From positions 1,624,335 through 1,688,334 of the forward strand of contig MU057521.1 of NCBI GenBank assembly GCA_013265495.1: a stretch of DNA of 64,000 nucleotides. Direction: 5' to 3'. The position numbers and the translations under genes were made by a program. Numbering within the stretch: position 1 is the first letter of the stretch; each line of letters starts with the position of its first letter. The notes under the pieces are model-generated. The model was not told the DNA's origin. It saw nothing but the letters and a program-made list of their open reading frames with translations, and searched no databases. The DNA is from Vicugna vicugna (lineage: Eukaryota). Positions 27,545-38,961 of the stretch are shown here, in pieces.

Positions 27545-27572
27545 AAAACAAAACAAAACAAAACAAAACAAC
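27545..27572. repeat. (AAAAC)n pentanucleotide repeat
   Basis: Reads aaaacaaaacaaaacaaaacaaaacaac. Confidence 0.9.
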
Positions 27573-28338
27573 ATAGAAGCACATACAGGGATTTAAAGTT
27601 TCCAAAGCTTGTTCTGTAAGAATAAAACCGTTTACACCTTAGTAAGCCTTTAACTATCAGAACTACATTTCAGTTATTCTGTAGACATTAGGACAATGGT
27701 TTATGTGCTGTGTTCTCTAGGGGGTGGTATGGGTGGGGAGGGCATTCCATTTGTTAAGTCCGCTACACTCGTTGATCATCATGGCTGAATAGGAGATAAA
27801 CTCTTGGAAGTTTAATACATCATGTAAAAGGATTGCTAATAATAAGGATAATGATAAAGATTGAGTCCTTAAAAGGATAACTCTGATGTTTAGAAAACCA
27901 TTAGGAACTGTGCATTCACTTAGTATTCTATGTACAAAGTTTCAGAAATGATTTTTTAGTCAGAAGAAGCGAAGTAGTCAAGTGTGATTTGAAGTTGTAG
28001 AAATACACTTGAATTTTAATGGACTGTTGGATGTAAATCTTGACTAAAATTTTCAGTATTATGCAATCAGAAGTCTGGAATAGGAAGTGTCTTTAAAAAG
28101 ATTTCATGTAATCCCTGGTTTCTACCAGGCTGTTTCACAGAGTTTTGAAGGTAAAAATTGACCAGTTGAAAAAAATTGGTTACTGGTTTTGAAATGAGTA
28201 GCTGTGATTGCAATGGGGAGGGAAGATAAGCAACCATAATTTTCAACAAACTTGTTTAATTATGCTAGGATTCAAAAGTATATATTCTATCTTTCCAAAA
28301 GACATCTTTTAAATTTTCACAGAACTGACTCAAAGCTG

Positions 28339-29855
28339 CCTTGTCTGTATATCAGGCAGAAATAATCCATTGCCATTTACTGTCTGGGTTCACCGGCTCC
28401 TTAAAATTATTTTTGGCTTTTTAAGTCATTTTACAAATAATTTACAGAACAATAAAAGGATAGTGAGAAACAGGGTTTTTAGGGCTTTTTAATAAGAATT
28501 TAAGCATAGCAAACCAAATTCTTACTCTGTATGGTCTAGGTTTTGAAGATATGTATATCCAAAGGGGGTAACATTCTCTGAATACAACTGACTGCTCACC
28601 ATCTGTTACCCGTGAATCTAGAAATACTCATCTTGTGAATAGAGATTCCATATTTCAGATGTCTCCAATGCCTTATCATTTCTTCTTATTCTTGTACTCG
28701 TATCATCAAAGGCCATGCTTGAGGAATTACTTGAAATCCTAGACAACTCATAGTTCTGTTGAAGAGAAGAAGGCAATCATCTTTGCTCCATAATTGCAAA
28801 AAATTTGTATTCCTACGTTGTAAATGCCAATTAGCACTGGTCAATCTAATGAATATTTTTCATTTCCAAATACATATCATGTATATCCTTTCAGTCCCCT
28901 GTCTTCAGCATGCCAGCCTGCAATCTACTAGTGAACCATATGAAGTAAATTTTGACATGTAAATATCGTAATACATGAATGAATACTGTCACAGACCCTT
29001 TTAGCAAAATGGTGTGGTCAAGTTCTTGTTGCAGAGTATTACATGATGTAGTCTTTCCCGTTGAATGACTTACTGGGGGTGAATACTGTACTTTTTTTTT
29101 TTCCTCTTTATGTTTATGTCCTTATTTCCAAAAGGAGTATTTTCACTTGCAATATCAGGTTATACTTTCTTGTACTTAGAAATACATTGTTCAGGCATCA
29201 CCTCTTGAATTTAAGAAAAAACCTTCTAGGCCACTTCATTTGAAGACTCGTAGTTTGGGATTTTGCTTATATGCTTAATTTATCATCATCATTAGAGTCC
29301 ACAGTGCTGACAACTCTCTCTTTGCATTAACCTTCTGATTTGTCTAGTTGAGACATAACTTCTTTTGTCAGTTTTCTTTTCCATTATGGGCAGAAAATGA
29401 AAAGTTCTGAATTCTCAATTGTGTTTAATGAAAAGTAAAAGCAGATGACAAAGTGTCTTTAGTCTAAAACTTTTTTGAAAAATCTTGCAATGCTTTGTAC
29501 AGTGCAATAAGAAAACTGAAGGATGGTGCAATGGTAACAGTTTGTTGCATTATTATATCATCCTTCTCTAGGCAATTCCACTATTGTTCTGTTTTGCTCG
29601 TCTTTCTGTTTTTAAAAAAGCATAGTTGGGAATAATTAATTAGTAATAATGAAGTAACCGTGGGATGATTTGTAAGCATGAAACACCTTGCAAAAAGCAA
29701 AGTGTTTCAAGACACAGGAAGGATAAGATCACCAAGATTCTGTTGTATCTTAGATTTATAAAAAGGTCCATTGGACCCATCTGGTAATTTCAAGATACAC
29801 TGAATATCATTCTGTTTTTTAAAATAATTAGTTTGTTCTTTGGAAGACCTCTAAG
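28339..29855 (-). mobile_element. Fossil piggyBac DNA transposon (Looper-like), near full length, ~1.5 kb
   Basis: Internal decayed piggyBac transposase (next feature). Subterminal imperfect inverted repeats ttactgtctgggttcaccgg (~28377) and ggtccattggacccatctggtaa (~29765). TTAA target sites are not preserved. Confidence 0.8.
28500..29384 (-). pseudogene. Decayed piggyBac transposase ORF (frameshifts, stops, C-terminally truncated)
   Basis: Manual - strand translation gives VSHSTGKTTSCNTLQQE / HFAKRVCDSI / LQLWSKDDCLLLFNRTMSCLGFQVI / FDDTSTRIRRNDKALETSEIWNLYSQDEYF* / VTDGEQSVVFRECYPLWIYISSKPRPYRVRIW. This matches the piggyBac LW..F...MS..RF..LRFDD and DEQL..FRGRCPF..YIP.KP.KYGIKI motifs. 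Confidence 0.85.
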
Positions 29856-30774
29856 AAGCAATAAGTCATGAAATACAGTCTTACGAATAGAACTGCTCAA
29901 AAAAGAAACTCAAAAGCTAAAATTGGGTACAGTGAACTTTCTTGGTATGACAAAGGCCAGTCGAGGTGGTAGGCAGTATGTGATGGATGGATGCCAGGAA
30001 CAGTATGAGTAAAGAAGTTCTGGATTGGTCACACTGGGACTTTTAGGCTGTTCGGGTTTAGAGAGTATCCTTTCAGCTTTAGTTTCTGTGGTACTGCTGA
30101 ATTGGACCTACTCTAAGATGACTTACCCCATCTTCTAATTAAAAAATTTTTTTGATATTTTATAGGTTTTAGCAGCTGCAAAACTTTAAGAAATATAATG
30201 GGACATTTGTGTGAGCTAGTCCAAGTATCAGAGCCCTTCAAGCCCTGCAGTGCAGTTTGGAGCTTTGTACATCAGCAGATTATTTTTTCAGTTCTTCCTT
30301 GATTCCTTTTGCCTTCAGTCTCTCTGTGGTAAAGTAGTAAATTCCAGAGATGGTGTTGGTAAGGACTTTGGCTATGTGTAGTGTTTCCTTATTTATACTT
30401 CTTTGTCACCACTAGGTGCCAGATTTTGGGGAAAGACTATTAAAATACTTTTCAGTAGGGGAAGGGAGGTGAGTATTTTATTGGTTTGTTCTTAGCCAAA
30501 ATTTGGAGTATTTTAACCTTGAGGAAGCTCACAGAAATGAAAAACTGTTCCTGATGCTGCTGTGAATTTGGTAGAAAACGACACAACCATCTTGTGACAT
30601 AAGTGTTAATTCATTGGTTCATTCTGCCCGTTGTCCAAAATCGTTTCAGCTGGGCTAGATTCAAGGCCATGTAAGATGTCGTCCGAGCCAGTCTGTTTTC
30701 TCTTCCCACACATTACTCACTGCAGCTAAATTAAACCTGTCTTGCTTTCCTAAGATACTCCACACTGCTGAGCG

Positions 30775-30980
30775 CATAGCATGGCATGGGGATTGGAGTC
30801 AGACCAACTTCGTTTTGAGCCTTACTCTGCTGCCAACTGGATTTTTGACCTTAGGAAAGTTATTTAATTTCTCTGAGCCTCTCATTCTTCATCTCCAAGT
30901 GAATTGCAAAGTTGTAATGTTTAATGTGATGATGAATGTGAAAGCCCTTGACATAGAGGTCACTTAGTAAATTGTCTCTT
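30775..30980 (+). mobile_element. MIR SINE
   Basis: 'ttggagtcagacc...tgaccttaggaaagttatttaatttctctgagcctc'. Confidence 0.8.
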
Positions 30981-31029
30981 CCCTTACCCTTAACTGAGCT
31001 ACCATCATGATGATCCCTACCTCTTTTTT

Positions 31030-31166
31030 GAGGGGGAGAGGTGGGGGGCAGAGAGGTAATTAGTTTTACTTAAATATTTTAATTTTTTTTGATGGAGGTA
31101 CTGAGGATTGAACCCAGGACCTTGTACATCCTAAGCACACACTACCAATGAGCCATACCCTCCCCC
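31030..31166 (-). mobile_element. Camelid tRNA-derived SINE (Vic-1 type)
   Basis: The - strand reads gggggagggtatggctcattggtagtgtgtgcttaggatgtacaaggtcctgggttcaatcctcagtacctcc. Approximate TSD acctctt(c)ttt on both flanks. Confidence 0.9.
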
Positions 31167-31191
31167 TCACCTCTTCTTTTAAAAGAAGCGT

Positions 31192-31216
31192 CACACACAC
31201 ACACACACACACACAC
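31192..31216. repeat. (CA)12 microsatellite
   Basis: Read directly from the sequence. Confidence 0.95.
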
Positions 31217-31984
31217 TTAAAATTGTAGTAAATTTGAAAGTTGTCTTGAGAATTTGTAGTACTCGAGATAATTATTTAAGGTAACAATTGCCAATTGTGT
31301 TCTTAATCTCCTATTTAGAAACCTTGTTCTCTTTTGTATGACCAATCTATTTACCTTGTGGGCTAATTCTCTTAGGCTATAAAAGCATTCACTTTTTTTC
31401 TATGTAAAAATCAAACGAAATAATATGTCAGATCAAATGAATGGCAGAAGCAAAATTCAGGCAAACAAATACCTCCTCAAAAAACAAGAACAAAAACCCT
31501 TCTTAGTTCTCATTTCTATTTATCAACCTCTTTTAGTCTTCCTGTTATAAGTAGCTTCTTCACAAAGAACCCATAACACTACTGTCACTTTTAAAAAGTT
31601 TCCTTTCCTTGGTAAAACTGACTCCAGTGCAACTTGCAGCCCTACTACTATACTGAAATTGTTTTCCATACAGTCACGAAAGACCCACTGGTATGATCCA
31701 TGGGACACCATGAGGCATTCTTTTCTTGCTGTCTTGGGCTCATTCAGTCCATCCCTGGCCGTTTTTATTGTTTCTGTGCATACAACTCCCAGAGCTGCAT
31801 TCAGCTCAGATTTATCTTTGGAAACCTAGTCTCATTTTCATTGGCTTTCTTGGCATTACCACAGGACGTCCCAAAAGACCCTTAACTTAATGTGATTAAA
31901 ACTAAATCCACTCACATGTCCCTCGTCTTATAATCTTGATCTCAGCTAATGGGACTGTCATTTACTCAATTGCCAGACTTAGGT

Positions 31985-32250
31985 ATAGGTTATTGAGGTG
32001 TGATTTATGTGCAGTGAAATATACCCTTTTAAAGTATATAATCTGATCAGTTGTGACATACATACACTTGTGAAACTGCCAGCGTAGTCAAGATGCAAAC
32101 TATTTCCATCACCCTGAAAAGTCTTCTCCTGCCACTTTGCAACCAGTTCACCCTTTCTCTCATGTTGGCCCTGGGGAATCACTCATCTACTTTCAGTCAC
32201 TATAGATTAGTTTACATTTTCTATAATTTTGTGTAAACGGACTCATATAC
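31985..32250 (-). mobile_element. Old L1 (L1MC/ME-like) 3' end
   Basis: 'tattgaggtgtgatttatgtgcagtgaaatatacccttttaaagtatata...atttccatcaccctgaaaagtcttctcctgcc'. Confidence 0.85.
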
Positions 32251-32587
32251 TGTATTAGTCAGGGTTCTCCAGAGACAGAGAACTAGTAGAATGGAGATAT
32301 AGATATATAAAGATTTATTTTAAGGAATCGGCTCACATAGTTTTAGGGGCTCCACGTCCAGAATGTTCAGGGCAGGCTAGAAACTCACGGAAGAGTCGAT
32401 GTTGCAGTCTTGAGTCTGAAGTCTACAGGGAGCCGGGAGGCTGGAAACTCAGACAGGAGGTAATATTACAGTCTTGAGTCTAATATTTGTAGGGCAGGCT
32501 GAAGATTCAGACAGGGCTTCTGTATTGTGTTAAGGCAGAATTCCTTCTTTGGGACACCTCAGTTTTTGCTCTGAGGGCCTCCAACTT
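32251..32587 (-). mobile_element. MLT2D-like ERVL LTR (partial) with three ~60-bp internal repeat units
   Basis: Starts 'tgtattagtcagggttctccagagacagagaac'. Units of agggcaggct.gaaactca...cagtcttgagtct begin at ~32368, ~32426 and ~32489. Confidence 0.85.
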
Positions 32588-33889
32588 CCCATAATTGATA
32601 TCATGTGTTATAAATTTCTTCTTCAGAAAGGGCTCTCTCTTTCTCTCTCTCTTTTTTGATTCTTCTGGAGTTAAGGACTCTTTTTTTTTAAACTTTTGTC
32701 TGTGTTCAAGCCTTCATTGTCTTTGACCTTCACATTAAAAAAAAATCCTTCTTATTGATACCCTGTGTATGGTGTCTTCCTTCTTCAATCTGTTTCTATA
32801 ATGCCACAGACTATTACCTAAACCTCAATCTGTTTATGATATTCCCTGCTGAAAAATCGTCAGTAACTGTCCATTTCCCCCAGATTGCCTAGGTCTAGGT
32901 GGTGTCTCCTGATGGAATTTCCGTGTGACAGAATATGGCCCGGGGAGACAGTGATCAGTCAGTTTTCTGCATAGAGGAATAACCCCAAGCACAGAGGATC
33001 GGCGTATTTATCACGTTCTGTTGTCATTATCTTTTATTAGCCTGAGCTCTTTTTTTTTTTTAACATATTGCCTTTGATATTCTCCCCAGCTCCTAGCAGA
33101 CCATTATAACACAGGAGGCTTTCATACCTATTTTTTTTGAGAGAATAATCAGAGAACCTTTAGGAATTAAAACACCAGTGGTGGAAATCATTGAATTGAA
33201 GAAAAGACTAGGCGGCCAGTAATTTTTGGATGCTGTATCATTTTTTAAAATCTTGTAGTTTTATATTTAGAGGTCCTGATTTAAAGAGAACAATCTGGAA
33301 GAGTAAATATAGTCTTCAGTTTAATTAGGAAGTAACTTGTTGAACTAGCAGTGAAAGATGTGTTGAAAAAAATGATGAGTATCGTTGACTGATTATTCTG
33401 ATTTTTTTTTTTTTTGGCATGTGTACTGTGGCTGTTCTATTAGAGCCTTGTTGTCTGGGTTTGAGACATAGCAATATTACATATTTTTAGAAAGTAGAAG
33501 CATGTGTTCAAATTGAGTTTGTTCTTTGAGGTATTTTTTTAATGGAGGTAGCATTAGAGTTCTATCAGGCATCTCACAGAACTGTTTCATGACTGCTATT
33601 CCAGGCCAAGCAATCAGGAGATAGAATAATTTAGCCTGTAGAGTAAACATGTGCTAATGTATTGATTTGATGTTTATAGCTTCATGATATGATGTAGATT
33701 TTAAGTCATTCCTTGGTATGTCTGCTCAGACAAGGCTGTGTGAATATTTGAAATTAAAGCTTCAGACTCCGTGGTCCTATGAGATTGGGTGTGGACCTGT
33801 TCATCTTTAGCTGAGGGAATGAGAGTTGCTCTGGGTGGTAAACTCAAAGGTGTGTTTAGAATTTGTAATGATTCTATTGTATTCATAAG

Positions 33890-34250
33890 TAATCCGATCC
33901 TGTTGTGCTCCTATTAAAGACCTTCTGGGGGTTTCCCATTGCACTTAGCATGAAATCCAAACACCCTGCCATGCCTGCAAGCTCCTGCCTGCCTCGTCTC
34001 CTATTCCTCTTCCCCTCATTAGCCTGGCTTCAGCTACCCTGCCCTGAGCCCACAAGATCGTTCCCTCCTTCGGCCTTTGTCCTTGCTGTCACCTCTGCCT
34101 GTAATTCTCTTCCTTCAGACCTTCAAATGCCTTTTCCAGGTCTCAGATCAAATGTCACCTCCTCAGAGAGGTCTTTATGGTGTCTCCTCCTCCCCAGTCA
34201 CCCTGCTCGATTACACTATTTACATTGTCCCCACAGTACTCGTCACTGTC
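33890..34250 (+). mobile_element. L2a fragment
   Basis: 'gtttcccattgcacttagcatgaaatccaaac', 'ggcctttgtccttgctgtcacctctgcctgtaattctcttcc' and 'caggtctcagatcaaatgtcacctcctcagagagg'. Confidence 0.85.
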
Positions 34251-34729
34251 CCTCTCAGTGGTCAGAAGTCCTCAGGAGAGCCTGACCTTGCTGATGGTCA
34301 CTGCATTACCGGCCGTGTCCCTGTGTGTGGAGATACCTAGTGGGTGCTTTGTAGTTGCTCAGAGAGGAATGTGATCCCTGTTGTTACCTTCACTGAATCA
34401 AAATGATGAGTTGAAAACAACATGTATCTAAACAGGTACTAATCATACAGTTGTCTGTTTAAATTACTCAATAATTGATTCATCTTTTCATTACATAGTA
34501 CAGAATTCAATTATGGTAGAAACAGATACTGTCTCTTGTGGCTGGAGCTGGTATGCAGATACAAGAATCTTATTTAATCTGTCAGGTCATGATTTCCGTC
34601 AGTTCTTTGAGAGAGAGCTGAATAACATTTTTAAAGTTTTGAGTGTATATTAATTTTAGAGGCTTTTTGGGAAAGAGTGAAATGTCATTAGAGCATATGT
34701 TGGTTTTTTATTATGTTAAATCATGACTG

Positions 34730-34900
34730 AGGCAGGGTGGTAGACGGAGAGCATTCTGGACTGGAGGTCAGGAGGCCCAGGCTCTGGTTTTAGTTCTACC
34801 AGTAGCCAACTCTCCATATGAATCTTTTGGCCCTGAGTTCCGTAATTTATAAAATAATAGGGTTGAATGAAATGGTCTTAAATGTCTGTTCTCTTTTAAT
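34730..34900 (+). mobile_element. MIR3/MIR SINE
   Basis: 'gagcattctggactggaggtcaggaggcccaggctctggttttagttctacc...aaaataatagggttgaatgaaatggtctta'. Confidence 0.75.
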
Positions 34901-35435
34901 AGTGTATAATTATGTCATTCCAATCATGAACCAGTCATTTTTTTTCACTTTTGGGAATTTTTATAGGTTGGATGGATATGTGATAGTTGTTTAGATATCA
35001 TTAAGCTTTTGCAAGAATGGAAGTTCAGATTTATTTAATTTACTGGAACATTAAAACATCTGAAAGATTCAAAAGTGGTTTGGTTTGTTTTACTTGCTTT
35101 TTTTTTTTCCTCCTTTTTCTTTTTGGCCCCTGTGGTAAGAAATACCATACATGATTTTTTGGAGGTATTGATTTTAAAATTGACAGTATTATTTAAGAGG
35201 ATTATAAAGGTTTATCTTTAGGCTGCGAATTTTGGCCTTATTACTCTTTCGAATACCCCAGTTTTTTTCTTCTTTGGAAATCATTTAAGAGTTTTGTAAT
35301 TGACTTGGCCTAGTGTGTCCTGCTTTAGCATATTGATTTTACTTAACGTTCATATAATTCTTCATTGGCATTAGATACATATGAATTTTAAGAAATTCTA
35401 TAGTCTACTATGTGTCATTCTATATTCTGTAGTTG

Positions 35436-35612
35436 ACTGGTCCTCAGGCCTCAGCAAGGGCATCAAAACTGCCTCGGGGATTTGTTAAAAAACTGATTGC
35501 TGCCCCATCCTGAGTTTCTGACTTAGTAGGTATGGGATGGGGCCCAAGAACTTGTATTTCTAACAAGTTCCCAGGTGATGCCAGTGCTGCTGATCTGAGA
35601 CCAACTACTGCT
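35436..35612. mobile_element. MER5A hAT-Charlie MITE
   Basis: 'ttgttaaaaactgattgctgccccatcctgagtttctgacttagtaggtatgggatggggcccaagaacttgtatttctaacaagttcccaggtgatgcc'. Confidence 0.85.
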
Positions 35613-35904
35613 AGAGTTGGTGAAGTTCTTTATTTGCACTTGCTGCCAACATCTTGATCCAGAGGAGTCTAGATCCCTCCATGTTGTGTAGTGATGCATC
35701 TCTACAGCACCGACCCCCTTTCCCACTTTCTTTTGTGATCATTGGATTCCCAGTATTATATCTCAAATCCTTTCCAGTCTCCTGGTAAGTGTGATACATA
35801 ACAAATGGTTAAACGCAGCTGGAACCCTTACTGACAACATACTGTCATTAAATACATAAATGGGAAGAACATGCATTTAGAGGTGATAAGCAATTCTTCT
35901 CAGT

Positions 35905-36120
35905 TAGACAATGCTGGCTTTAGAATCAGAAGTACTTTGGTTTAGGGGTTAGCTCTACCGCCCATTGGCTATTTGAGTTTGGGGAAATTATATAACTTTC
36001 CTGAATCTTAAGTTTCCTTCTTTCTAAAATGGATTGATAACATCTGCCTTATAGGACTTTTGTGAGGACTTAAATAAGGTATATAAAGTACTTCATAGGT
36101 ACTCAGTAGCTAGTGGTTTT
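35905..36120 (+). mobile_element. MIR SINE
   Basis: 'gctggctttagaatcaga...agtttccttctttctaaaatggattgataacatctgccttataggactttgtgaggacttaaat'. Confidence 0.8.
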
Positions 36121-38780
36121 ATAAAAGGTCATATGTCTGTCTGCCTGGTCATAACTTCCGTGTAGTTTTCTATCTGAGCGCCATTCCTGTCTTGCCTGAA
36201 TGTAGGTTGCTCACCCAAGCTGCTTGCAGGAGCCTGGCCGTGGGCAGTGGACAGATAGCTGGCTACTGTGTTTGCACAGATCCCACTTCTCTTACTGGTT
36301 TGGAAACGCTGTGTCTTGCTCCTGCCTAACCTGGCTCTATATCCCTGGGCACTTAGCTCCTGCTTCTGGTGCCCGGATCAGGCCCTTTCTGTTCTGAGGA
36401 CGTGTTGCGGCCTGTTTTTCTGACTCTGATCCTTACTGTGTTCCAAGGTGATTTTATGCTCCTCTTTTTGGCTCCACATGAAAACCAATGTATTTAGAGG
36501 TATGTAGCTCCACCCCTACCTGGGATGGGATAATTTCTTTTGGTCACAAAATTAACCATTCTCATCTTTAAGTATGTCTTTCAAAATGTGTATGATTTTA
36601 ATTTTACTGGATTCACAAGTTTTTCTTGTACACTTTAAGCTCCAATTTTCATACTGGATGTTCAGTAGACATACAGCGCAATGAAAAGAACTTTGATTTG
36701 CTGTGTATCCTCTTAAAAAGTATCTACGTTCACTAGATTTTAGTTAGCTTGGTGTATGCATTGGGGTAATTTTCAGCTGTGAACTCTGTTAATTGGATGG
36801 AGATCCCCTAAGAAACTCTTTTGGCCTCTCACAAATGTTTTATGAGAAAGTACCAGTTGCTCCCATCACAGATTACACTTGGTGGCAGTTGTTAGGGGTT
36901 CAATGGCTTCTCATTGTTGTTTTACATTCTTTTTTTTTTTTTTTTTGGATATGACCATGAATTCTCTGTTGTCCTAAGGCCTATTGTGATGATGTATTTT
37001 CAGCCGTATTTATGACTTCATGCTTTTCAGAAATAGAAGAGGTTTGTCTTTGCTACATATTTACACAAACACGTTGCTTCCTATTTCCTTTTCAATGTAT
37101 GGATGCTCATCTTGTTTACTGGGGGCTGGGGACATCTCTGCAAACATATGTGACTGAGCAACTGTCTCCTAAGCATGATTTTTGCTTCCATTTGCAAGTA
37201 TGTGGTGAGACTTATGGAGAGAGAGTAGAAGCTCAGATTTAGACTACCATTTATTTACAGAATTATAAAAAAATGTCTATTATAGATATAAGGAACAAGA
37301 TATAGTAGTTTTGCTTGATTGAAATGGGGATATTTGAATATTGGTAGAATAATTCAGGATTGGGACACAATATTATTGCCTAAAAAGATACCACTTTTTA
37401 TAGTCATATCTATATGGTACTAAAAGATGTGACTTCATAGTATGGATTGAGTAATATGTAATGGCGCTTTCCCTGCCATTTTTGAGTTCCTGCTTCAGAC
37501 TTACAGTGCAGGAATATCATATACAAATTTAATTGACATGAATTGAGCTGTTTGTGCACTCCATATGTTTTGTTATAAACTATAAATGTTTTGTATATCA
37601 AAGAATTTACAAATAAAGGAACTTCCAAGGATAATTTCAATAATGTGATTTTTATTCTATTCTTCATTGACTTTAATATCTGACCCTGAGTAAGATACAA
37701 CCAAGAGTAGGAAAAGTAACCAGGATAATGATTTTCAGTGCTGAAGACTATATAGCAAAGAGCAGTATAGTGATAATTTTCAACTGATTAAAATCAGATG
37801 TTTCTGGAGGAAAGTGCTATTTATTTTTCGACTTCTAGTCTGCTTTTTGGCATCTTTTTGTGCTGGAGTAAAATTAATTTATTTGCTTTATAACGTTTTG
37901 GACACTTACTGTGGTTTGGGTTGATTTCAGCTGTCACAAGCAAATAGCTTCAGTGAAAGTTTATGAGAATCTCTTAAATAGTTTAGGGACCAGTAAAACA
38001 TCTTTATTGCCAGAAGATGCAAATGGTATGGAAATGGTACTTATAAATAGTACTCATGCTAAATAAAACTTGAGGAGTTAGAATATTTGTTTTTGGAGTT
38101 CAAAGAAATTAGAGGTAAGATGAGTTACATGTGTAGTTACTAGATCTTGATCGTGCTCCCCACAAGTCTTTATAGAAGTGCTGTATTGTGATGGTTATTG
38201 CAACAAGAAGCTGTTGTGCTGCACTCCAGAAATGAGTATCTTTTCTGCTTCATGAATACCACCATTATCAAGGGGACACTTGAAGCCTTGAAGAAAAGCT
38301 TTTCTTTTTGACCTTTCTTCTTGACATGTATGTATTTTTTCCTTTAGAGCAGCTACTGATTTGTATTTTGGAACCCAGCCTAATAATTTGTGTCTTAATC
38401 TAATTAAATTTTCTTTTATAAAGGGTGAAATGTGTGGCTGTGGACATGACCATTCCCGTAATGAAAAGAAAAGGGGAATATTTATACTTGTCTTTTAGGA
38501 AACTCATACTTCTCAAAATTTAGATCTGGTCTCTCATTCAAGGGCCTGAGAATGAGAAAAAGTTGGCCATAGGGAGGAGGGGGCTCCTGTCTGCAACCTA
38601 GCTAGTCAGAGTCTAAGCAGTTGGGTGCTCTTGGAACTCCAAAGTCGGGCTCATGGTCTTCCAGGTTTTTAATCTTTAGAATCTGAGGCAATGGGAAGAC
38701 TCTTGAAGATATTCTTTGATCACATTTTCCTCACCCTAGACTTTATATAGAAGCAGATAGACAGTAGGATGTCTCTAAAG

Positions 38781-38961
38781 CAGTGGTCCTCACTAGGGGC
38801 AGTTTTTCCTCCCAGGAGACAGTTTTGGTTGTCACGCTAGGGGGCTTGCTCCTGGCCTCTCCTGTCATTGGATAGCTAAATGCCCTGTAATGCACACAGT
38901 AGCACCTCAGGAAAGAATTACCTAGCTCCAAATGTCAGTAGTTCTGTGGTTGAGAAACCTG
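38781..38961 (+). mobile_element. MER20 (hAT-Charlie) with approximate 8-bp TSD
   Basis: Runs from 'cagtggtcctcactaggggcagtttttcctcccaggagaca' to 'aaatgtcagtagttctgtggttgagaaacctg'. Flanks are ctctaaag and ctgctaaag. Confidence 0.85.

Noticed and set aside
32368..32530. Three ~60-bp direct repeats, superficially array-like
   Set aside because: They are degenerate internal repeats of an MLT2-type LTR with no unique spacers, so this is not CRISPR.
33372..33402. C-box ATGATGA ... D-box CTGA (similar at ~63104-63140)
   Set aside because: Far too short for a C/D snoRNA, with no recognisable rRNA antisense element.
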